The notes under the pieces were generated by a model. It had not been told where the DNA came from. It made no database searches and saw nothing but the letters and a program-made list of their open reading frames with translations. From Thermoplasmatota archaeon (GTDB taxonomy: Archaea; Thermoplasmatota; Penumbrarchaeia; Penumbrarchaeales; Penumbrarchaeaceae), in NCBI GenBank assembly GCA_965234725.1, contig CBDDUX010000011.1, positions 1 through 24,762 on the forward strand: a stretch of DNA of 24,762 nt, written 5' to 3'. Below, piece after piece: positions 17,900-24,762 of this stretch (its first letter is position 1; each line of letters starts with the position of its first letter). Made by a program: the position numbers and the translations under genes.

Positions 17900-18387
17900 G
17901 AAAAGGCCTCCGGGACCGGATGTGGGGACCTTTCAATTGGTAGAACAACCTTCATTGATAGACCTGGAGTCAATTCCCTGACAAATGTCGAGATCGGTGT
18001 TTCGATGAGGATCGAGGGCTCAACATCTCTGAATACAAGGACCATGGACCAGAGTCCGTCCGGAGTCCACTCTAGGACCTCTTCAATCACAGATATGAGG
18101 AATGAATTATCACCGAAGTCCAGAAAGGAACTTCCGGTCCAAATTATGGCAGACCAATTGAATGTCATCTTTGAAAGGTTAGAAAGGAAAGGATACCTTG
18201 TGGAAATAAGGTCGGAAAGGCATCTTCCGATGTCCCTGGTTTGATCATATCTCAGATCCTGGGTTCCTATTGTTGGATCAGAATGGAAGAGTAATGATGC
18301 TCCTGACGCAAGCAAAGTAATTGAAAGGACCAGTAGTGTAAGGGAAAGGGGAGTTTCCATTCCACCTGAAGAGATGGGTGCCCTCAT
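17896..18387 (-). CDS. Small N-terminally anchored protein, putative minor pilin
   Basis: Short leader, then SSG|GMETPLSLTLLVLSITLLASGASLLF. Translationally coupled to both neighbours (ATGA and TTGA overlaps). Confidence 0.7.
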   Translation of the reverse strand: MRAPISSGGMETPLSLTLLVLSITLLASGASLLFHSDPTIGTQDLRYDQTRDIGRCLSDLISTRYPFLSNLSKMTFNWSAIIWTGSSFLDFGDNSFLISVIEEVLEWTPDGLWSMVLVFRDVEPSILIETPISTFVRELTPGLSMKVVLPIERSPHPVPEAFS

Positions 18388-18818
18388 GTTATCACCTGCA
18401 CGACCCCTATGGAGATCGATCCGGGAAAAGGTCCTTCGAAGAGGACAAGGGTCGAATGTATCGGTGAATCAATGACATAGTCCAGATCCCCGTTAAAGCA
18501 GGTCCCGTCCTTTAAAATAAAAGTGAGATCGATATCATTCGATCTCAATTCAACATAAATGTCCTGTTCAATGACAGGTATGGTCCTGCCGGTGTCTGTA
18601 ATGTTACCTACGAACGGACCCATGAGCCCATCATCGTCAGGGTCCAGAAGATCGCTTTTCTTCAGAATGTCGAACCAGTTTGAAAAGGGGAGATCGTCAG
18701 ATCCTCTATCATCATCGATGATCAGGACCCCCATCAATCCGACGGTCAGGGCCAGAGCAATACCGAAAGCTAAAAGGTCCCCTGACGGAGACAAGGACCC
18801 AACGTCCTCAATCCTCAT
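18384..18818 (-). CDS. Small N-terminally anchored protein, putative minor pilin
   Basis: MRIEDVG|SLSPSGDLLAFGIALALTVGLMGVLII, a DPDDDG motif and a terminal PGSISIGV strand. First gene of the 3-gene operon. Confidence 0.7.
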   Translation of the reverse strand: MRIEDVGSLSPSGDLLAFGIALALTVGLMGVLIIDDDRGSDDLPFSNWFDILKKSDLLDPDDDGLMGPFVGNITDTGRTIPVIEQDIYVELRSNDIDLTFILKDGTCFNGDLDYVIDSPIHSTLVLFEGPFPGSISIGVVQVIT

Positions 18819-18842
18819 AGTGGCAGAACCGTTCCTTGTCCT

Positions 18843-18850
18843 TTAATAAA
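18843..18850 (-). promoter_or_regulatory. Putative TATA box for the pilin-like operon (probably leaderless mRNA)
   Basis: The minus strand reads TTTATTAA about 25 nt upstream of the ATG at 18818, with no clear SD. Confidence 0.5.
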
Positions 18851-19015
18851 ATATTCTTGAAATATTCAATGCAAGAGATTAATGGAGGTAGTGTAACTGG
18901 CCAGTAGAAAAAAGAGCCTTTCTCAAAGACCTACCTTTCCAGTGGAAAAGGTATGTTGTTGGGAATACATAAATACCCCCAAGGTCCTATTCGAAAGTCC
19001 TAATGGGGGTATAAA

Positions 19016-20239
19016 ATGAAGATAAATTCTCTAATGGCAGGTTTTCTGATAGCGATAATGGCCATCTCTGTCCTTTCCATGGGATCCTTTGCCCAGACAA
19101 GGGCTGGTGATACATTCTCATATACTGATCCTTCTGGAGATGTGGAAAACATGGGTGGGGATGCCCAGATGGTCAAGAATACGGACATTCTTGCTCTGAC
19201 ACTTGATAGATCATCAGATCCGATTGTAATTACCCTTAAGGTGGATGGAATGATAGATTTTTCCAGTGACAATGGGATGTACATGTATTTCTTCCATCTG
19301 GACCAGGTTGGTGATGGGTCGGATAGTACCACTTCAATCGTTTCCCTTGGCACAGCAAGTATTGTTGGAGATTACAGCGGTATTGGTCCTTACTATCCTG
19401 AGGTTTCAGGGAATGGAACCGATACCCTGACCCTCAAGATCAACAAGTCGGACATCGATGAATCAAATCATCCAATAATGGATGTTTTTGCCGAGATCGA
19501 TATGACCGTAATTGGTCAAATGGTGGTCCTGAGTGATGCCATCAATGAGGATTTCGGAGAAGGAACATCCACTGATGACGACGATGACGATAATGATAAC
19601 GATGATGATACCAATGACAATCCGGATCCCAAGGCGGAGACTCCAACCGACGACTCGATCACAGTGACCATCAACAATGTGGAATATAACCTTGACATGG
19701 GTGATGATACTTTCGAGATGGAGCAGAAGGTCGACGGCACAACGAACGGAACGGTTCATCATTGCTCCATGACATTGGTTACTTACTATGATGACGGAAC
19801 ATACGAAGCCGATGATTGGCAGGTAGGCCCGGATATTCAGGAAAGGAAAACCATTCTCGGGATCACTTCGGAGATGTATTTCAAGGGAAACGGTCCCGGT
19901 GGAAATAATGACTGGTCTGAATGGGCCTGGTATATGTATACCAAGGCAGCGATGTCTTGGTATGATGATTTCATGGATGATGATGAGAATGATAACACGA
20001 CAGATGATGATGGACCAGAAATAACAAAGATATACATTGTCGTCAGGGCCTATTCGGACGCTTCTGAGACCAATTGGAATCAGGATTCAAAGGATATCAC
20101 AGAAGAGATCATGGATTTCTGGGGAGGAGACCAATCTGGTAAGGAAGATAAAAAATCCCCTGGTCTTGGTATTCCATTGTTGATCGGAAGTATAGCTGTA
20201 ATTGCCTTGATAGGTATCTTCAGAAGAAAGAGAGAGTAA
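19016..20239 (+). CDS. Secreted acidic surface protein with a PGF-CTERM-like sorting signal
   Basis: Signal peptide, Asp-rich linkers and N-x-S/T sequons. C-terminus SPGLG-IPLLIGSIAVIALIGIF-RRKRE. GGGGGT SD. Confidence 0.85.
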   Translation: MKINSLMAGFLIAIMAISVLSMGSFAQTRAGDTFSYTDPSGDVENMGGDAQMVKNTDILALTLDRSSDPIVITLKVDGMIDFSSDNGMYMYFFHLDQVGDGSDSTTSIVSLGTASIVGDYSGIGPYYPEVSGNGTDTLTLKINKSDIDESNHPIMDVFAEIDMTVIGQMVVLSDAINEDFGEGTSTDDDDDDNDNDDDTNDNPDPKAETPTDDSITVTINNVEYNLDMGDDTFEMEQKVDGTTNGTVHHCSMTLVTYYDDGTYEADDWQVGPDIQERKTILGITSEMYFKGNGPGGNNDWSEWAWYMYTKAAMSWYDDFMDDDENDNTTDDDGPEITKIYIVVRAYSDASETNWNQDSKDITEEIMDFWGGDQSGKEDKKSPGLGIPLLIGSIAVIALIGIFRRKRE

Positions 20240-20243
20240 GATG

Positions 20244-20288
20244 AAGAAGGGGGGTTACACCCCCCTCTTTATTTTTCATTTCAATTTT
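20244..20288. terminator. GC hairpin plus T-rich tract between convergent genes
   Basis: AGGGGGG-TTACA-CCCCCCT (20248-20266) followed by CTTTATTTTTCATTT. Confidence 0.65.
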
Positions 20289-20704
20289 TATTTGAGATAT
20301 TCGATCAATCTATCATAGGTTTCACCAACAAGGGTCCTCATCTCCAGGTGGTTGGCACAGTTATTTGGATCGTTGAGATCAAATTTCACTTCCTCAATGT
20401 CTTTCACATTTGAGAAAAGACCTACATTGCATCCCGAACAAGTGTAGAGATCGACCTTTGGTGCTTCCCTCCTCTCAAATGTCGAGGAACAGCCCTTGCA
20501 TTCATGACCTTCCAGAACCTCTAAGACCTTGAACCTGTTCATATCGATCCCGGCCCTGTCTATATTGAAACCAAGAGCACTGCATCCCTGGCATGTATAG
20601 AGTATCTGCCCTCCCCAATTCCAGGCAATCATTGCGATCTCGCATTTGGGGCAGTGGATATCAGGTCCGTCTATCATCAGTTCTAAACAATCCGCAGCAG
20701 CCAT
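20288..20704 (-). CDS. Small double zinc-ribbon protein
   Basis: Four CxxC pairs: CPKC, CQGC, CKGC, CSGC. ATG at 20704 after AGGTG (alternative TTG at 20710). Confidence 0.75.
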   Translation of the reverse strand: MAAADCLELMIDGPDIHCPKCEIAMIAWNWGGQILYTCQGCSALGFNIDRAGIDMNRFKVLEVLEGHECKGCSSTFERREAPKVDLYTCSGCNVGLFSNVKDIEEVKFDLNDPNNCANHLEMRTLVGETYDRLIEYLK

Positions 20705-20827
20705 GGACAAACACCTATCAATGGGTCATGGAACCACCTTGGTTATGCTATTGTAGCCTGAATTGTTCAGAAGTTTCGGTTCACCCCCTCGGATTGCCTT
20801 AATATCAGTTCCCGGGAATATGACCTT

Positions 20828-23173
20828 GTGACAGGTTCGAATGAAGAGTTCTTGGTCCATCCTTTCATCAGGGAGGAGGCGATGAGAAGGAGGGAATATC
20901 AGGTCAGAATAGCGACAAAAGCCCTCCAGAAACCCACCCTTGTCGTTCTTCCGACCGGACTCGGCAAGACAGTGGTCGCACTCATTGTTGTGGCGGAAAG
21001 AATAGCCCAAGGGAAGGGGCCGACATTGATGATGGCTCCCACAAAACCCCTTGTAGAACAGCATTTTGACTTCATGCGATCGAACCTGAAGGGAAGGGAG
21101 ATCGTGATGCTCACGGGGGAGGTGCCTCCTTCCAAAAGGAAGGAGATCTACGGTGCGGGAGATATGGTGATCTCGACCCCCCAGGTCGTGAAGAACGACA
21201 TCATTTCCGGGGACCTTGACATTGGCATGTTCGATCTGATCCTTGTGGATGAAGCCCATAGAGCAGTGGGGGATTATCCATACGTCTTCATTTCCGAGAT
21301 GTTCTTCGAGAAGAGACCGGAAGGGCTGACCCTTGGTCTCACAGCTTCCCCGGGTCATGATGTTTCCAGGATCTATGAGGTCTGCAAGAACCTTGGAATT
21401 GAGCAGATAGAGGTCAGGATCGACACTGATGAGGATGTGAAACCCTACATTCAGGAACTGGAGGTGACAAGGGTCAAAGTTGAACTCTCCGAAGGGATGA
21501 GGTCCATCATCCAGGTCCTTCAGAGGATGTTCATGGACCGGGTAGGAAGACTTCAACGTATGGGTGTTATCAGGAAAGGGCCAAACACATCCATCAAAGA
21601 ACTCCTGGGTGCTGCAGGTAGAATACAGGAAATGATCAGGAGATCGGGAAAGGATGGCGGATCCTATTATCAGGCCATGTCCATACAGGCGCAGGCGATG
21701 AAGATATCCCATGCCATGGAAATGGCAGAGACACAGGGAGCTGGGGCTTTATACCAATACCTTGATAGATTGATGAAGGAAACAGGAAATCCAGAAAGTT
21801 CCAAGGCGACCAGGAAGGTGGTCTCGGATCCCCTTTTCAGTATGGTCCTTAACAAGACCGAAGCCCTTCGAAGTGAGCTTCCTCCCAAGGTACTTGCGCT
21901 TGAAAGAGCTGTAATTCAGAAACTTAGAGAGGACCCGGAAGCGAGGGTCATAGCCTTCACTCATTTCAGGGACACTGCTTCCGTGGTTCTCCAGAGGATG
22001 AATGAACAGTCCCAAAAAGGAATCAGACCCGTAAGGTTCGTCGGACAGGCGTCAAGGGGTGAGGATTCCGGTCTGTCCCAGAAGGAACAGAAGGAGGTCC
22101 TCGAAGCCTTCAGGAGAGGTGATTTCAATCTCCTGATCGCAACTTCCGTTGCAGAGGAGGGCCTCGATATTCCTGGAGCGGACCTTGTGATATTCTATGA
22201 GCCGATCCCGTCCGAGATAAGGACGATACAGAGGAGAGGCCGTACTGGAAGACATTCATCCGGCAAGGTCATAGTCCTGATGTCAAATGATACAAGGGAT
22301 ATTGCCTATTCTTTCTCAGCCAGGGACAAGGAGGTGAAGATGGAAAGACAGCTCCTTGCCTTGAGAAGAATGCTTGCCAAGATGCCACTCCCTGAGAGGA
22401 GGAAGCAGTTCAAAGCTGTCGATGAAGAGGAACAAAAGAATGCTCCAACTCTTGAATCCTTTTCAGAGGATACCAATGTAGAGTCCGGGGAACAACCAGA
22501 GTTGATAGTGGATAGAAGGGAACTCACATCATCCGTTGCCGAGGAGCTGATAAGAAGGGGATTCAAGATCATACCAGCCCCTTTAGGTGAGGGGGACTAT
22601 CGAATATCTCAAAGGGTTACGATCGAAAGAAAAACTGCACAGGACCTGTCAGATTCGCTTATCGATGGCAGACTCTTCGATCAGGCAGGTAGACTGGTAT
22701 CATCATGTGAGAGACCAATGGTCATCATCGAAGGTGATGATATCTTCAACCGAAGGAACATCAACAGGAATTCACTACTGGGAGCCCTTGCTTCTCTTTC
22801 CATTGACTTCAATATAGGGTTGATGTTTACAAGGGACCCGGGAGAAACTGCGGATTTCATGCTTGCAGTCCATAGAAGGGAAGGGAAGGCCAGATCCCTT
22901 TCACCACAGGACAAGAGAAAGCAGGGAAGATCCATTTCAGGAATCTCGGAAAGTGTACTTTGCGGATTTCCTGGCATATCGAATATCACTGCAAGAAAGC
23001 TACTCAGGGAATTCAGGTCATTGAAGAACGTTTTCTTGGCAAATGTGGAGGAATTGGAAAGGATAGAAGGTATCGGCAAGGGGAAGGCCAGAGATATCTA
23101 CAACATTTTAAACCAAGAAACAACCCATGGTCTGGAGGAGGGTGCAGAAGGAGGGACTAAAGAGGATAGTTGA
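20828..23173 (+). CDS. hef: Hef (FANCM/XPF-like) SF2 helicase-ERCC4 nuclease
   Basis: PTGLGKT, DEAH, TAS, TSVAEEGLD and QRRGRTGR helicase motifs; GDY..ERKT..D nuclease motif; two HhH motifs (PGIS, EGIGKG). Confidence 0.96.
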   Translation: MTGSNEEFLVHPFIREEAMRRREYQVRIATKALQKPTLVVLPTGLGKTVVALIVVAERIAQGKGPTLMMAPTKPLVEQHFDFMRSNLKGREIVMLTGEVPPSKRKEIYGAGDMVISTPQVVKNDIISGDLDIGMFDLILVDEAHRAVGDYPYVFISEMFFEKRPEGLTLGLTASPGHDVSRIYEVCKNLGIEQIEVRIDTDEDVKPYIQELEVTRVKVELSEGMRSIIQVLQRMFMDRVGRLQRMGVIRKGPNTSIKELLGAAGRIQEMIRRSGKDGGSYYQAMSIQAQAMKISHAMEMAETQGAGALYQYLDRLMKETGNPESSKATRKVVSDPLFSMVLNKTEALRSELPPKVLALERAVIQKLREDPEARVIAFTHFRDTASVVLQRMNEQSQKGIRPVRFVGQASRGEDSGLSQKEQKEVLEAFRRGDFNLLIATSVAEEGLDIPGADLVIFYEPIPSEIRTIQRRGRTGRHSSGKVIVLMSNDTRDIAYSFSARDKEVKMERQLLALRRMLAKMPLPERRKQFKAVDEEEQKNAPTLESFSEDTNVESGEQPELIVDRRELTSSVAEELIRRGFKIIPAPLGEGDYRISQRVTIERKTAQDLSDSLIDGRLFDQAGRLVSSCERPMVIIEGDDIFNRRNINRNSLLGALASLSIDFNIGLMFTRDPGETADFMLAVHRREGKARSLSPQDKRKQGRSISGISESVLCGFPGISNITARKLLREFRSLKNVFLANVEELERIEGIGKGKARDIYNILNQETTHGLEEGAEGGTKEDS

Positions 23174-23196
23174 TCAGTTGGAACCTTATTTCATGT

Positions 23197-23445
23197 CTAC
23201 TTATGTTCCACTACTTCATAGTCTTCATCATCAACATTTTTTACCTTTCTGTCCCAGATCGGAGTTCCTGATGACTCCCAATGTGGTGCTGCGGCGGTTG
23301 TATCGACCTTTCGTTCTTCATTCTTCTTTGTCTCATTTGGTGAGACCATGAAGGAGACCAGCTCATCCGAACCGAAGTTCTCTTTTTTTTCTTCAATTGG
23401 TACCTTCTTTGGAGTCACCAAGAATGGGTTTTCTTCATCTGGCAT
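23197..23445 (-). CDS. Small charged hypothetical protein (82 aa)
   Basis: The ATG at 23445 follows GGGGA and an upstream TATATA-like element. The product is K/E-rich and fills the gap between hef and the flavoprotein gene. Confidence 0.6.
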   Translation of the reverse strand: MPDEENPFLVTPKKVPIEEKKENFGSDELVSFMVSPNETKKNEERKVDTTAAAPHWESSGTPIWDRKVKNVDDEDYEVVEHK

Positions 23446-23579
23446 GTAATTTCCCCATTCATACATTGTCCAGACTACTATATAACCATGACCATTAATT
23501 GTAATATAGTCCCTCTTTAGACCCTGTAAAAGGGTCAATGATTCAGACTTTCATACCCTTGGAAAGGATTTTGTTCCAT

Positions 23580-24158
23580 TCAATTCTCATTTAACTTTTT
23601 GATCAACCAGGCCATGTTCTTGCCCAGATCTTCCATGGTCCTTATGGCTTCAGTGTCCTCTTTCACATCGCCCGGTTCCATTCCTATGCCCATATTCCAG
23701 TAGGAGGAACCCGGGACGATCATCTGTTCAACAAGAAAGAAGTGGTTCATGGCATTGAATGCAGGCATGGCTCCAGTCCTTCTTACCGCAACAACTGCCG
23801 CGCCGATCTTTTTCTTGAATAGGTAGTCATTGGCCTTTGCAACCCTTCCGGATCTGTCAATGAGGGCCTTAAGCTCAGGTGTGATATTTGAAAAATATAC
23901 AGGTGATCCCAGAATGATCCCGTCAGATGAAGATATCTTCTTGATCAGAGGATTGACAATATCATCATCAATAGCACATTTTCCATTCTTCTTTATCATG
24001 CAGATACCGCATGCTTTGCAGCCTTGAACGGTCTCATTGGCCAGTTGGACCATCTCACATTCTATGCCCTCTTTCCTTAATTCCTTGAAAACCATATCGA
24101 TCAGTAGGGCTGTATTACCATCCGATCTTGAGCTGCCGTTAATACCGAGGACCTTCAT
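23580..24158 (-). CDS. Iron-sulfur flavoprotein (flavodoxin-like NADPH-dependent FMN reductase family)
   Basis: MKVLGINGSSR..GNT, the compact Cys motif CKACGICMIKKNGKC, GSPVYF and KALIDR. Alternative start at 24173. Confidence 0.92.
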   Translation of the reverse strand: MKVLGINGSSRSDGNTALLIDMVFKELRKEGIECEMVQLANETVQGCKACGICMIKKNGKCAIDDDIVNPLIKKISSSDGIILGSPVYFSNITPELKALIDRSGRVAKANDYLFKKKIGAAVVAVRRTGAMPAFNAMNHFFLVEQMIVPGSSYWNMGIGMEPGDVKEDTEAIRTMEDLGKNMAWLIKKLNEN

Positions 24159-24237
24159 GACGATCTTTCCCATCAACCAATGATATGAAATAATACAAAA
24201 TGATATTAAAAGGGAACGGTAACATTTTCCAGATCGG

Positions 24238-24630
24238 TTATTTTGATTTGAATTCCAGGGAAAGGGAGTTAACACAATACCTCAGGCCAGTTGGTTCGGG
24301 CCCATCCTCGAAAACATGCCCCAGATGTCCTCCACATTTTACACAGGTGATTTCCGTCCTGGTCATCCCGTGACCGGAATCAATTTTTGTCTCTATGTAT
24401 CCTTTTCCAATGATATCAGAAAAGGATGGCCATCCAGATCCGGAATCGAATTTGGATTCCGAGGAGAAGAGCTCAGATCCGCAACCTCCGCATACATAGA
24501 TCCCTTCCTCTTTCTTGTGAAGAAGTCCGCCTGTGAATGGGAGTTCCGTTCCTTTATTCCTTAAGACATCGAATCGGTCAGGGGAGAGCCGTCTTTTCCA
24601 TTCTTCTTCGGAGAGTTCCAATTTATCCAT
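24238..24630 (-). CDS. msrB: Peptide-methionine (R)-S-oxide reductase
   Basis: GTE.PFTG, Zn ligands CGGC and CVKC, KFDSGSGWPSF, HLGHVFEDGP and RYCVNS. The ATG at 24630 gives 130 aa. Confidence 0.97.
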   Translation of the reverse strand: MDKLELSEEEWKRRLSPDRFDVLRNKGTELPFTGGLLHKKEEGIYVCGGCGSELFSSESKFDSGSGWPSFSDIIGKGYIETKIDSGHGMTRTEITCVKCGGHLGHVFEDGPEPTGLRYCVNSLSLEFKSK

Positions 24631-24762
24631 ATTGATATCAATGAGCAGGGACAAATGAACCTTTTCCTTGAACAGGTGAGTTCCAATGAACCCTTTTATA
24701 TTAAACAAAACTCAGTACTTCACTAAGTTCCTCCCAGATATGATGGATTTTCGTATACAAGC

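Noticed and set aside
18870..18960. Possible tRNA (GGAGGTAGTGTAACTGG resembles a tRNA 5' end/D-arm)
   Set aside because: I could not build a T-loop (TTCRA), an acceptor stem or a cloverleaf.
19570..19620. GAY/AAY trinucleotide-like repeat
   Set aside because: It is explained by the poly-Asp/Asn linker, with mixed synonymous codons. It is not a CRISPR array or VNTR.
20726..21712. 328-aa antisense ORF
   Set aside because: It lies almost entirely opposite the conserved Hef helicase domain, is His-rich and has no recognisable motif. It is a shadow ORF.
1042..23173. Inteins or recoded stops in Top6A, Top6B or Hef
   Set aside because: The lengths are normal and the motifs contiguous. I saw no intein splice motifs or in-frame stops.
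23520..23536. GACCCT-GTAAA-AGGGTC hairpin downstream of the flavoprotein gene
   Set aside because: It has only a 6-bp stem and no T-tract on the minus strand, too weak to call a terminator.
24159..24275. N-terminal extension of the flavoprotein in the ORF track (likewise msrB 24631-24708)
   Set aside because: Family similarity starts at MKVLGING and MDKLEL. The extensions run through AT-rich promoter-like DNA or overlap the neighbouring gene.
24703..24762. Possible 3' end of an upstream minus-strand gene
   Set aside because: All three frames are open for only 12-19 codons, too short to assign.

Overview
This is an archaeal chromosomal window. Topoisomerase VI, diphthine synthase, Hef and archaeal TATA/SD signals identify it as archaeal, and the pilin-like and surface-protein styles suggest a euryarchaeal or Thermoplasmatota-type host (inference). 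From left to right it contains: a probable IS right end abutting a decapitated HEPN gene that the ORF track missed; a top6B-top6A-dph5 operon; an unknown 2-TM protein; a LipS1-type radical SAM enzyme; and an operon of a large beta-helix/8xIg membrane protein, a dual-specificity phosphatase and a sugar nucleotidyltransferase. These are followed by a catalytically degenerate KaiC/RAD55-like protein, four pilin-like genes (one a 1510-aa protein with a lamin-tail-like domain), a secreted acidic protein with a PGF-CTERM-like tail, a four-CxxC zinc protein, Hef, a small acidic protein, an iron-sulfur flavoprotein and MsrB. I found no tRNA, rRNA or CRISPR array. The best candidate for an undescribed system is the 6.7-18.8 kb cell-surface/signalling block. 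That call is inference from motifs and gene coupling only; no database searches were run.
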